Source: Marsupella aquatica (Eukaryota > Plantae > Marchantiophyta). From it: a stretch of DNA of 64,000 bases. This document shows, piece by piece, positions 20,385 through 33,500 of this stretch. Location of the stretch: NCBI GenBank assembly GCA_973895155.1, contig OZ316893.1, forward strand, positions 4,514,877 to 4,578,876, read 5' to 3'. Position 1 is the first letter of the stretch; the number at the start of each line of letters is the position of its first letter. The position numbers and the translations under genes were made by a program. The notes under the pieces were generated by a model. It did no database searches. It was not told the DNA's origin and saw only the letters and a list, made by a program, of their open reading frames with translations.

Positions 20385-22211
20385 ATGGCCAAGCTCAGTG
20401 ACATATTCCGAGCGGAGGGACTAGAGTGTGCAATGAGAGATAATCCCAACAGGTATAACATAGCACAGGAAGCAAGAGACAAATCGCCCATGGTCTCTAG
20501 TGCCAATGCAGAATCGGTGGGAGAGAAAGGAGGAGTTCTTAGGAACGACAGTATAGACGACATCGATAAAGTCACCAGCACCATAAACAAGTGGTCGCTT
20601 ACAACGGAATGTAAATCTGCAATGAGTGCTCTGTCGGCAAACCGCAAGGAGATAGACAGCCCCAAAGTTAAGTTACAATTGGAGGTAAGTATCCAAGCCA
20701 CCTCCATTACGGTATCTGAACTTCTCTTGAAAGCCGTCTTATTTTTCTTTGCAGGAAGAGTTCCAAGTTATCAACAGTTTCAGAAATGGGCCGTGGAGGA
20801 ATTCTGTTTCAAAAAAAAATGGTCAATAAAGAACACCAAATTTGTGGGAGCTAATTACTTTCTGGTAACATTCGCTGAGCCAGAATACAAACAGCTAGTC
20901 CTAGGAAATTCGCCATGGTATCTAGGTAGTAAATATGTGTATTGCGCCCCCTGGGACCCCTCGTTCTCCCTGCACTCGCCATTTTTGGGAAGAATGCCAA
21001 TCTGGGTTCAACTTAAATACCGTGAATTGGTCCTGGAGGATAGTGGAAAACAATTGTTTGAAAAGATGGGTGAACTTCTCCAGTTCATCCCAGCAACAGA
21101 CGACGCCTCCTCTCCACATGATCGCGCGTGCATATTATGGGACATGAATCAGCCCCTTCCTGAGATGCTTGTCATTTGTCTGAGTGGAGATGACAATCCA
21201 GATCCAATAACTATACAACAGAGAGTTGAGTATACACACATTCCTTTTGTTTGTTATAAGTGTAAGGATTTGGGTCATGTAGGATCACATTGCCTGAAGG
21301 GGGCTCCGGACATGTCTCCAACAATTATACCCAATCATGATGTGACTATGCAAACGGATAATTTGGAGATGGCCCCTTTCTCAAAGTATGATAGGGAGAG
21401 TATCGGAGGTAGTCCCCCACTAGACCTGGATTCCCCCACCCTCGGTTCTCATCTAGTTTCACCTTCCCAATCAGTCGGGCTGCTTTCGACCCCACCACGC
21501 AATCTGAGTTCTCAGGCAGTTAAGATACCTTACAATATGATACTCGAAAATCACGCCGTTCAATTTGGTCCGAGAGGTGCACTACCCCACTCAGAGATAG
21601 ATAAATATATTCCAATACAGATCATGCGTAACTTACAGTCTGATATACTTCTTCAAAAAATAATCATAGGTACAGACTACTTCGGGATGGATCCAATTGT
21701 AGCTAATAGGCCTGAACCCTCTGAGTCCCCTTTTCCCTCGTGTCATACAAATGCTAGACACATCTCACATGATCAATCAAAGTCCCTATCCATCGTGGCT
21801 AGAGACTCACTGGTAGGCATTGAACCACCTCTTTCCATGATGGCAGCCCAGTCTGAGATAGAGGTAGGAGGTTGCTCTCGAGGACCTACTGACATACCAC
21901 AATCCGCTCGTCCTTCCCCTCTAACAGACGCAGAAAGGAGACTTTACCAGTCCGTGAGAACTTCGAATCATCGAATAATCAAGAAGAAGAAGAGGTTGGG
22001 TTCGTTATTTTCATCAGCGACAACAAGGCTACCAGGTAATGCATACACAACTCTACTTTATAACCAGATTCTGGGAGAGTCATCAGGTGGATACACCTCT
22101 CCTGAGGACTCCACTTCCATGGAAGAAGAAGTAGATAGAGACAGTAATTCTTCCAGCTCTGAGTTTGAGACCGTCTCGGTCACCTCAACCAGAGATAGAG
22201 GAACAGATTGA
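20385..22211 (+). CDS. L1 ORF1 protein (DUF4283/RRM-like plus CCHC zinc knuckle)
   Basis: Open ~608-aa frame with VGANYFLVTF...SPWYLG...PWDPSF...PIWVQL and CYKCKDLGHVGSHC. Confidence 0.9.
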   Translation: MAKLSDIFRAEGLECAMRDNPNRYNIAQEARDKSPMVSSANAESVGEKGGVLRNDSIDDIDKVTSTINKWSLTTECKSAMSALSANRKEIDSPKVKLQLEVSIQATSITVSELLLKAVLFFFAGRVPSYQQFQKWAVEEFCFKKKWSIKNTKFVGANYFLVTFAEPEYKQLVLGNSPWYLGSKYVYCAPWDPSFSLHSPFLGRMPIWVQLKYRELVLEDSGKQLFEKMGELLQFIPATDDASSPHDRACILWDMNQPLPEMLVICLSGDDNPDPITIQQRVEYTHIPFVCYKCKDLGHVGSHCLKGAPDMSPTIIPNHDVTMQTDNLEMAPFSKYDRESIGGSPPLDLDSPTLGSHLVSPSQSVGLLSTPPRNLSSQAVKIPYNMILENHAVQFGPRGALPHSEIDKYIPIQIMRNLQSDILLQKIIIGTDYFGMDPIVANRPEPSESPFPSCHTNARHISHDQSKSLSIVARDSLVGIEPPLSMMAAQSEIEVGGCSRGPTDIPQSARPSPLTDAERRLYQSVRTSNHRIIKKKKRLGSLFSSATTRLPGNAYTTLLYNQILGESSGGYTSPEDSTSMEEEVDRDSNSSSSEFETVSVTSTRDRGTD

Positions 22212-22243
22212 GGTTCTCCGCTCCGGCCAACTGTTAGGAAATA

Positions 22244-24946
22244 ATGTCCGAAAATCAACTCAACCTGGCAGTATGGAACGTATCCGGGCTCTGTGATCCT
22301 AATAGAAAATACATAGTTCGGGAATGGATTCACGACTTGAAATCCACTCTACACGTACTCGCCCTTCTCGAATTAAAGGCAGGCGACTTTCGATTAATAA
22401 CAACGCTCTCCCTAATTCTCCCACAATATCATACTATTATTGCGCACCCGGTCAATGGAAAAGGCGGAGCAGCAATGCTCCTTCACCCCCTAATCCAGGT
22501 AGTTGATTTTGGTATTACTCCAATCTGTAGTGCCATTTGGGCACGTCTAAGAAGTCCATCCGATCACTTTGGATTTGCAGCTCTATACGCATCGAATGAC
22601 TCTACTCTTCGTACCAGGCTCTGGGAGTATTTGCTGGTCTCCTTACCCCGGGGTAACTGGATACTGGCTGGAGACTTTAATATGACCGAAAAGGTAGAAG
22701 ACTCAGTTGCTGGTCACTCCTCATTATTATCTGGCTCTGAATTATCTGCTTGGAGTGCCCTCAAAAGTCGTTTTGATTTTTCTGATGTATACAAACTAGT
22801 AAGTGGTGTATCAGGTTCCCGATTCACTTGGAGAAGAGATATGTCTAATGGAGTTCTCCAATCACGTCTGGACAGATTTTACCTCAGTAATCGGGGAGTA
22901 TGGATAGACAAAATAATATCATTTTCTCACCACCATGATCGTCCCTTATCTGACCATTGTCCTGTCTCTCTCTCCTGTATAATAAATGCATCAGTTAATA
23001 CTTCGGCCACAGCTAGCCGATTCTCATATTTCAAGGCAAACTCATCGGTAATAAGGAACACTGACAATATGGCCTTATTAGAAGAAGCTTGGACGGGCGG
23101 TATATCATGTTCGGCAGATCCTAAGTTGGCTTTCTTTATTGCATCTAAGCAATTTCGTAGGGTATACAAAAGAATTCAATCCACCAAAACCACGTCTCAG
23201 TTGGACACCGAAGAGTTAAGAAAAAGAGTTCTCTCCCTGCGTTCTCTTGCTGATACTAGTAATTCTGGGAATTCACTGGCGGAGTTACGTATTGCTGAAA
23301 CCTCCCTCCGTGACTCGGAATTTCTTCAGGCCATAGAGATAAGAAAGAAATCTAGAATTAGATGGCTCGGGCATGGTGATGCATCAACCAAATTCTTTTT
23401 CAATTTAGTTAAGACTCAACAGCAACGAGCTTCTATTCCTCACCTACGTCTAGCCAACAACTCATTCATATACGACAATGAGCAGATTCTTTTGGAGGTT
23501 GGCAATTTTTATCGCAACCTATACTCACCAGATGCCCCCGAGTCTGTGCAAAACTCAGATGCAAGAAGGAAGATACTTCAGTTCTCATATCCGCGTATAT
23601 CACTAGATGACTCTCTCATTTTGGATTCAACTCCGTCTTCGTCAGAAATTCTTTCGGCTGCTAGTCATATGCAGAAGAACAAGGCCCCAGGTATTGACGG
23701 CCTAACCATTGAAGTTTTTGTGGGATGCTGGTCCTTTATCGCTCCTGCCTTCCTTGCTATGATAGTATCCTTTTGGAATGATGGAGTGATGCTCCCCGGC
23801 TTTCTAGATGGTGTTATTAAGTTAGTACCTAAAACGACTGACAAATCTAGATTATCTGACTGGAGACCTATCACCTTGTTAAACATATCTTACAAAATAA
23901 CTGCGAAGTTGATTGCTAACAGACTCCGTAGGTTTCTCCCAAAAATGATAAACATCCAGCAATCAGGTTTCGTTCCGGGGAGGCAAATCTTGGATAATAT
24001 TTCTTTGGCATGGCTCGCTAGTGATTGGATTACCACTAATAATGTTCCAGCACTGTTTCTCAAGATGGATTTCTCAAAGGCTTTTGATCGGGTAGACCAT
24101 AGGTATATCAGGGAAACTCTGGTTGCATCTGGTCTGAGTAGCACACTTATACGGAATATTATGGGACTGATGTCCCTGGCTTCCGCTAAAGTTCACGTTA
24201 ACGGGCAATTCACTGAACCCATACATCTTTTGCGGGGTGTTCGACAGGGATGTCCGCTTGCTCCGTTAATATATGCATTGTCTACTCAACCATTGATGGA
24301 CTATTTTGATGCTGCTATCCTGGTTGGTGATGTTCATGGGATTAAAATAAATCACAACCTCACTTTATTCCACAGGATGTTTGCCGATGATCTAGGAATC
24401 TTTACCCCTGCTCGTGAATCTTGTTTTTCAGAAATCAGAGTAGTTATGGAATTATACGATCTTGCAGCAGGAGCTAAGCTAAATCTTAAAAAAACAGAAA
24501 TTCTCACTTATTGCATAGACACTCCTCCGCAATGGCTTCTTAACACTAACTGTGTGATCGTCCCCCAGGGGCACATCTCGAGCTATCTGGGTGCCCCTCT
24601 CGGACAGAATATCACCAGAGTGCAGTTGCAGGATTTCTGTTTGAAAAAAATTAATAAAAGATTAGCAAACTGGTCCAACAAATGTTTCTCCTTTACCGGA
24701 CGAATTATTCTGGTTAAACAAGTTCTGTTATCTATGGTGGTATACCACATGATGTACTCTGATATTGCAGGCAGTCTCTCGGATCAGATCCAGAAAATAT
24801 GTAAAGATTTTATCTGGGGCTTTAACAAGGAGGGGGGAAGGAAGACTCCCCTAGTTTCTTGGTACCGTATGTGTTGCCGGAAGCAAGATGGTGGCCTGGG
24901 TTTTAAGGACATCAAACTACAAGCTACGGCCTTGATGGCCAGATGG
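22244..24946 (+). CDS. L1 ORF2, 5' part (APE endonuclease plus reverse transcriptase), interrupted by CACTA
   Basis: Motifs WNVSGL, GDFN, SRLDRFY, SDH, KAPGIDG, WRPITLLN, KAFDRV, RQGCPLAP, FADD, YLG and GGLG. Confidence 0.95.
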
Positions 24947-25334
24947 CACTAGAAGAAAACAGGGCCCTTTATGACCAATCACCCAATGACGGAGATGAAT
25001 AAATGACCAAAATTTTTAATGACACAAAAAGAATGACAGGGGAATGACTGTCCACAATGACCAATGGACTGAAATGACAAAATGTTAACTTTTGCGTCAT
25101 TTTGTATAATGTCTGTAATGACTGATGTGACCAAAATGACCCAATTTTCCTAAATGGTCAATTTAGACACATGTCTTAAATGACGCAATTAATAACAACA
25201 ATGATAAATCAATGTTTAACAACATTATAGTCACTCTGGACAATGATTGAAATGACCAAAAATCTATTTGAGTCATTTTGGACAATGGTGATAAATGACA
25301 AAAAATGTATTACCGTCATTTTAACCAACGGTGT

Positions 25335-25770
25335 TAAATGACAAAATATAGGGTCAATCTGAAAATGAGAATATATCAATGTTTACAACAACATATTGTC
25401 ATTATGGACTTCTCCCATAAATGACTAACTCTAGGGTCAATCTTGAAATTAGGACATATCAGTGTTTACAAGAACATACCGTCATTATGGACTTCTCTCA
25501 TAAATGACTAACTCTAGGGTCAATCTTGAAATTAGGACATATCAGTGTTTACAAGAACATACCGTCATTATGGACTTCTCTCATAAATGACTAACTCTAG
25601 AGTCAAACTTGAAATTAGGATATATCGGTGTTTACAACAATATACTGTCATTATGGACTTGTTGCATAAATGACTAAATATAGGGTCAATCTAAAAATCA
25701 TGATATATCAATATTTACAATAACATATAGTCATTATGGACTTATTGCATAAATGACTACTTATAGAGTC
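25335..25770. repeat. ~82-83-bp subterminal tandem repeat of the CACTA, 5-6 copies
   Basis: Units aaatgactaactctagggtcaatcttgaaattaggacatatcagtgtttacaagaacataccgtcattatggacttctctcat. Confidence 0.9.
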
Positions 25771-25859
25771 ATTAAAGAACCCAAGAGATATGAAGATTAA
25801 AATACTCAATAGTCATTCCAGACACCGGTCATAATTGTAGAGTCATTGATATAGTTGAT

Positions 25860-28800
25860 AACCCTTCCACTAAGTGCGGGACACAATACTCATCATTGTC
25901 CTCCCACTGGTTGGGGCATTAGCAATTTGAACACATGTCTTGCATTTACTTTAGGCATGATGCACCTAGCTTTGGGGAAATCACTCCCAAGTCATACACC
26001 TTTGGAGTGATTTTCCATAAGTGTCACCATATATAGATGCGCGCATACTACCGTATCCAAAGGCAAATGAAACCTTTTTGTCTCTCCAAGAAGTAGGGCA
26101 ATACCAATGGAAGGTTGTCATCCTTTGTTGTAATTGTGTCATGTTTGTGCCGGTGTTTGGATGGGGAATATTTTAATTTGCAAATAAATAGTGATGGGGC
26201 ATTCAAGGAGCTTGTGTAATCTTTATTGGGTCATTTCTAAAAACATTTGCATTACAAATACCAATGACTACAAGTAGGGTCATTAAATTTGTCATATGGA
26301 CTGTCATATAAGTCAAGTGACTGGACTTGTGGTTATTTGTGTGGTCCCTCATGCAGTCATTAAACACAAGCACAAATGACCAGTTTGGGGCTGGGGGCTT
26401 GAGGTGGGCCCTAGAGTGCCATGGGGCCCCACATAGAGGTGAGAACCCCTCCACTAGGTGCGGGACACTATACTCATCATTGTCCAACCACTAGTTGCGA
26501 CATAAACACTTTGGACACATGTTTTTGCGCTTACTTCAGGCATGATGCACCTTTGGGGAAATCACTCCCAAGTCGTATGACTTCGGAGTGATTTGCCAAA
26601 AGTGTCACCATGTATGCATACCATCACATCCAAAGGCAAATAAAAGTTGTTTTTTGGTTCTCCAAGAGGTAGTGCTACACCAATGGAATGGGCAGGGGAG
26701 TCGTGTTTCTCAGTATGGTGTGGGTGCGGGATTAGGGTATAGGAATATTCCAATCTTGCAAGGAATCTAAAGCTGGCTCTAGTTGGAGGTACTAGGGCCT
26801 TTATTGGGTCATATGTGAGCAATGGCCCGTCATAAATGCCAATGACTAAAAGTAGGGTCATTAAAACTGTCATATGGAGAGTCATATCAGTCTAATGATT
26901 GGATTTGTGGTCATTTGAGGGGTCCCTTATGCAGTCATTAAAAGGAAAAGCACAAATGACCAGTTTGGGGCTAGGGGCTTGAGGTGGGCCCTAGAGTGCC
27001 ATGGGGCCCCACATAGAGGTGAACCCCTCCACTAGGTGCGGGACACTATACTCATCATTGTCCAACCACTAGTTGTGACATAAACACTTTGGACACATGT
27101 TTTTGCGTTTACTTGAGGCATGTTGCACCTTTGGGGAAATCACTCCCAAGTCGTGCCAAAAGTTCAACCATGGATGTATACCATCACATCCAAAGGCAAA
27201 TAAAACATATTTTTGGTTCTCCAAGAGGTAGTGCTGCACCAATGGAATGGGTAGGGGAGTCCTGCTTCTCTGCATGGTGTGGGTGTGGGATTAGGGTATA
27301 GGAATATTCCAACCTTGCAAGGAATCTAAAGCTGGCTCTCTTTGGAGGTACTAGGGCCTTTATTGGGTCATATGTGAGCAATGGCCCGTCATAAATGCCA
27401 ATGACTAAAAGTAGGGTCATTAAAAATGTCATATGGAGAGTCATATCAGTCAAATGACTGGATATGTGGTCATTTTAGGGGTCCCTCATGCAGTCATTAA
27501 GGAAAAGCACAAATGACCAGTTTGGGGCTAGGGGCTTGAGGTGGGCCCTAGAGTGCCATGGGGCCCCACATAGAGGTGAGAACCCCTCCACTGGGTGCGG
27601 GACACTATATTCATCATTGTCCAACCACTAGTTGCGACATAAACACTTTGGACACATGTTTTTGCGTTTACTTGAGGCATGATGCACCTTTGGGGAAATC
27701 ACTCCCAAGTCGTACGACTTTGGAGTGATTTGCCAAAAGTGCAACCATGGATGTATACCATCACATCCAAAGGCAAATAAAACCTATTTTTTGGTTCTCC
27801 AAGAGGTAGTGTTGCACCAATGGAATGGGCAGGGGAGTGGTGCTTCTCCGCATGGTGTGGGTGCGGGATTAGGGTATAGGAATATTCCAACCTTGCAAGG
27901 AATCTAAAGCTGGCTCTCTTTGGAGGTACTAGGGCCTTTATTGGGTCATATGTGAGCAATTGCCCGTCATAAATGCCAATTACTACAACAAAGGTCATTA
28001 AAATGGTCACATTGCATGTCATATAAGCGGAATGACCTGAATTATTGTCATTTGAGGGGTCCCTCATGCAGTCATTAAGGAAAAGCACAAATGACCATTT
28101 TGGGGCTAGGGGTTGGAGGTGGGCCCTAGAGTGCCATGGGGCCCCACATAGAGGTGAGAACCCCTCCACTAGGTGCGGGACACTATACTCATCATTGTCC
28201 AACCACTAGTTGCGACATAAACACTTTGGACACATGTTTTTGTGTTTACTTAAGGCATGATGCACCTTTGGGGTTTAGGGTTGTTTTGTGGTTCTCCAAG
28301 AGGTGGTGCTGCACCAATGGAATGGGCAGGGGAGTCGTGCTTCCCTGTATCGTGTGGGTGCGGGTTTAGGAAAGAGGAATATTCCAACCTTGCAAGGAAT
28401 CTATTGGGGGCTCTCTTTGGAGGTACTAGGCCCGGTACTAGGGCCTTCATTGGGTCATTTGTGAACAATGACATGATGTCATAAATACCAATGATTACAA
28501 ATAGGGTTGACCATTGAAACCGTCATATGGAATGTCATATAAGTCAAATGACGGGATTTGTTGTTATTTGAGGGGGTCCTTCGTGGAGTCATTGAAGACA
28601 AACATAAATGACCAGTTTGAGGCTAGGTGCTGGAGGTGGGCCCTAGAGTGCCATGTGGCCCCACATGGGGCTGGAAACCCCTCTACTAGGTGCGGGATAT
28701 TATATTTACTATTCTTCAACCATTAGTTGCACCATAATTAATGTTGAATCATATTTTTGCATTTACCTAAGGCATGATGAAACTTTGGGGAAATCACTCC

Positions 28801-30560
28801 CAAGTCATACGGCTTTGGAGTGATTTGCCAAAAGTCTCACCATGTGAAATAATAGTTGTTTTCTTGTTCTCCAAGAGGTAGGGCAAAACTAGGGGAAGGT
28901 TGTTGTCCTTCTATTTAACTGTGTCATATCTATGCCAGTGTTTGGGTGGGGAATATTCTATTCCATTGCAAAGGAAATGCGAGGGGGCACTCCAACAGGT
29001 AGTGTAATCTTCACTAGGTCATATTCGAGTAATGGTGTTCATTAAAGCCAATGACAATAGTAAGGGTCATTTTGGCAGTCATATTGCAGGTCATTTGGAC
29101 CAAATGACTGCATATGTGGTCATTATAGAGGTCCCTCATAGTGTCATTATGGACCAACATAAATGACCAGTTTGGTGCTAAGGATTGGAAGTGGGCCCTA
29201 GACTGCCATGGGGCCTTGCATGAAGGTGGCAACCTCTCCACTAGGTGCGGGACACTATAATCATCATTGTCCAACCACTAGTTGTGCCATGAACACTTTG
29301 GAGCCGTCTTTTTGCGTTTACTTAAAGCATGATAGAACCTTGGGGAAATCACTCCCAAGTCATACAGATTTGGAGTGATTTGCCAAAAGTGTCACCGTGG
29401 TTGAATACCATCATTATCAATGGCAAATTGAGCCTTTTGTTTTGTCTCTCCAAGAAGTAAAGCAATGTCACCAATCAATGGAAGGTTGTTGTCCTTCTAT
29501 GTAAGTGTGTGATTTTTGTGTTGATGTTTTGATGGGGATACTCCATTTTGCATATGAATAGTGTCGGGGCATTGTGAGTAGGTGTTGTAATCTTCATTGG
29601 GTTATTTTGGAGTAATGTTGTGTCATTAGTGCCAATGACTACACTAAGGGTCATTTTGGGAGTCATTTTGGATGTCATTTGTACAAAATGACTGCATATG
29701 AGGTCATTAGACAGGTCCCTCATGATGTCATTATGTACCAGTAGAAATGACCCTTTTAGGTCTAGGAACTTTGGGTGGGCCCCAATGTGCCATGAGGCCC
29801 GCCATGGGGCCCTACATGAAGGTGGTAACCCCTCCACTAGGTGCGGGACACTATACTCATCATTGTCCAACCACTAGTTGTTAGTTACATGAACATTTTG
29901 GACACATGTTTTCATGTTTACTTAAGGCATGATGCAACCTTGGGGAAATCATTCCCAAGTCGTACAACTTTGAGGTGATTTGCCAAAAGTGTCACCAAGG
30001 ATTAATACCATCATTTGCAAAGGCAAATCGAGCCATTTGTTTTCTCTCTCCAAGAGGTAGCGCAACACCAATGGAAGGTTGTGGTCCTTCTATTTAACTA
30101 TGTCATGTTTGTGATGGTGTTTGGATGGGGGATATGATATTTTGGGGATATTTTGCAAATAAATTGTGACGGGGCACTCTGGGAGGTAGTGTAATCTTTA
30201 TTAGGTCATTTTGGAACAAAGTTGTGTCATAAATGCCAATGACTACAAATAGGGTCATTGAAACGGTCATATAGGATGTCATATAGGTCAAATGACCAGA
30301 CTTGTGGTCATTACATTGGTCCCTTGTGGAGTCATAAATGTGGTACTACATAGAGCTGGGAACCTGCCTCCGGGTGCAGTACACTCTACTGTATACTATT
30401 CTCCATCCATTAGTTGTGGCATAAACCTGCACTTTGGGATATGGGGGTTCTCTTTTTGGAGGTACTTGTGCTTCATTGGGCCATTTGTGAACAATTCTAC
30501 GTCAGAAATGTCAAATAATGACCTCCTATAATGTCATTGTGATTATGATATGGGAGTACC
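25860..30560 (-). repeat. ~580-bp satellite array inside CACTA copy 1 (~8 units)
   Basis: The marker gggaaatcactcccaagtc recurs at about 25977, 26556, 27135, 27692, 28788, 29343 and 29943. Confidence 0.9.
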
Positions 30561-33500
30561 AAATCACGCAAAATGGGGTCATTAGAGGAGTCCCTCATGC
30601 TGTCATTGAGGAAATAGGTTAAAATGACCCAACTGGCCAGGGCTAGGGGTAGAGGTGTTTAGAGTTTAGAGTGTAAACCTAAACCCTAAACAATGGAAAG
30701 GCTCTGTTTGGAGGAATGCAGTTCCTCATTGGCTCATTTGTGTGTTGTGTCATAAATTCCATACAATGACAGAAAATGGGGTCATTGATGCTGAATACCC
30801 AACTATTTCATGCATTAACAATACCTAATGGCTATTTTGGTCCCAATTTTAGTCTTCCTTTGGCCCCCTCTTCTCCATGGTCCCATTCACCACAATATGG
30901 GTGAAATATGGATTAACTAGGGCGGTGAATGAGGACAATAGTCAGCAATATTAATACTCCAAACAAACAAAGCAAAGGCCACAAATCAACTGCCTTACAC
31001 CTGGGTTATTGCAAAATGAACATAGTGTAGGGAGTTTTTATCAAGTTCTTAACGTACCAGGACGTACTAATAAATAAGCAAAAACAAAGCAAAAACATCA
31101 TTAACTTGTTAAGGCAAGCTTAATACTAAATTTGCGAGTGTTAAACTTTAGTGTCTCCTTTGCTAACCTTTGCCACAAAGTTTCAATAATAATGAGGAAC
31201 AAGAGGGAAATTTAATTGTTTGTGACTCAGTTGGTAGATGGACAAAATGTTTCTCTACAAATAAAGCTTTGTTTGGAGATATTCCACTTTACACAACATC
31301 TCTACTATCTGAAATGCTTGCACTTATGTAGAGAACCCATTCCCTGGGCCCCAACAAAGATACTGAAGCCCCCCTACACGCATGAAGGTAATTTATATTT
31401 TATTGGCCTGTAATAATCATAATGCATTTTTTTTGAATGAAGGGATTATATTAACCTTGGATTAGTATATTACAATACAAAAGCCTTATTATATCCATTC
31501 AAAATTTTATTTTTATTTCTAAGGAAAGGTGTGACATAGTCAACAAAAACATGTGTCATTTTTATATTGGTCCACATGTCATTGCATAAAAGTAGGGGTT
31601 ATGTAACTCAAAATATAAAATTAAATATTTTTGTAAGCTATTGAATCTGCACTCTGGGCATAGTGGAGGTTCACGGGCCGTCTAGGGTAGGTTTCACGGG
31701 TGGGGTGGGGCGTGGGCACGTTCTTGGTGAGAGGGATTTGAATCCTCCCACGTGACCTCGCTTCCCTCCTGCACATTGTCCCTCATGCCCATCTTTAGCA
31801 GCCGCTGACCGCCATAGCTTTCCGTTGGAGAGTTGTGAGACTGTGGGGAGGGATTGATGGTGGTTTGCGATGCTCTCGATCTAGATTTGTGGAAGGTCTG
31901 AAAAGAACAAGCAGATGTAGCTGTACGTGAACATTGCGCACAGTGGATTGGGAGTATTGCTTCAGTGTGACTAGTCTTTGTATAATCCTATTGTTGGTGC
32001 TGAGTGGATGGATCGGACAGTTCAGAAAGTTCAGGCTTGAATGCCTTCGTCACTGATTGTGTTGTAGCGTTTTAACACATCATTCTTGTTTTGGACAAAT
32101 TGATGGAATGGTAGGGCCCTGGGGGTAGGGCGCAGGGCAATACACTGTGTTAGTGTTGTTGAGTTCACGGTTTGATTCAAACCTTGCTGATTGAAATTTT
32201 CTAATTGATCAGTAGGATTATGAACGAGGGTGGTAATCGATTGGAGGACCCACTCAAGGACTACTATTGGACTGGAGAATGTCTGGCCAAGACAAACGAT
32301 GGCTCCAAGAAGAGTGGCGCACTCAACTTCAATACTGTGGCATTGCTGACAACCTGATTGGCACAAACGGTCGGAGCTAAATCACAAGAATGCCTTTGTG
32401 ATTGCTTTGCTTTCGATGGTAGTTGTGATTGAGAGCCTTTGAGTGGGGAGGAAGGGGCTACAAGGTCGACAAGGCATATACAATTTTGGGCAAGAGCAAG
32501 ATTTGCAATTGTAGAGACAAAGGACGGATGCAACAATTTTAGTCACAGGCCTTTTGGTTTCATTTTAGCAGCCGAGGATGCAGCACTTCCAATCGCAAGC
32601 CTTCCAGGCTCACTTTGGCTGCAAAGGACGTAGCACTTGCAATTATTGCAGGCCTTCCGGGTCTACTTTTTGGCAACAGATCAAGCTAGGACACAGCTTG
32701 CAGCGGCACTTCCAGCCCTTTTGTAGACGGTATGTTAGCTTTTTTCGCTAATTAAAAGAATTTTAGGAAAGAAGAATTGGCACATGAATCATATATTGAA
32801 AAGCAATCCGTCATTTTGTATGTCTTCACAAGAAGCAGTGCCATACACGTCCATCACTAACTAAAATCCAATAGCCCAGTTGAATAGATTTTGTTGCATT
32901 TCAGAGGTAGCCGCATTTATGGAGCAACGTTTCTAACCGTGTATTGATTCCAAGGCTATTCAAGAACTTATAGTGCCTCTCGGATTTTGATTGTTTATTG
33001 CTTAATTTGCTAGTTGGCCAGTCATATATCTGAACGTCAGCATTTAGCGTGAGATTGTACAGATCAATTCTATGGTATCTGGAGCTATTCCTCACTAAAT
33101 CCCATCTAGTCAAGTAATTACGTACTATTGGTCTATTGTTCGGCGCCTCACTCAATTCAGCCAACAAGCCAAAAATGGTTCCGACAGATGGCTACGAAAA
33201 CACATTGGAAACTACTATAAGTTCCAATTATGAGAGATATGATTGATTTTAATGTCTGAGAATTTGAAGGCAAGAAATCTGGCTTTATACTCTTTTCGGG
33301 GTCAGTGTTGGTAGAAACGGATCATATTTCTATGTGAGCAGATTAGTTTAGTCAGTGTTTTATGATATTACAAAACCGAGAAGGATCAAAGCTCCGCGTT
33401 GTATTCTCAATCTGGATTATTTTCCCCTCAAGATCTTTGAAACCTTTTTGGCTTCGTACTACTACTGCCGTGGAATGTTTTGGGAATAATGATTCTACAT

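Noticed and set aside
26203-30291. Family of similar short ORFs (MDNDEYSVPHLVEG..., MTLHMT...), also at 40178-43144 and 58136-62143
   Set aside because: They are by-products of the ~580-bp satellite. Frames and stops vary between units and no domain is recognisable.
30676-30690. Telomere-like AAACCCT motifs (also ~43144-43165)
   Set aside because: Only 2-3 imperfect units, compatible with telo-box-like or chance occurrences rather than an interstitial telomere.
31549-31580. ~30-bp similarity to the reverse complement of 39829-39858 (P-like subterminal region)
   Set aside because: Short, AT-rich and not collinear beyond the core, so it is not enough to claim shared origin.
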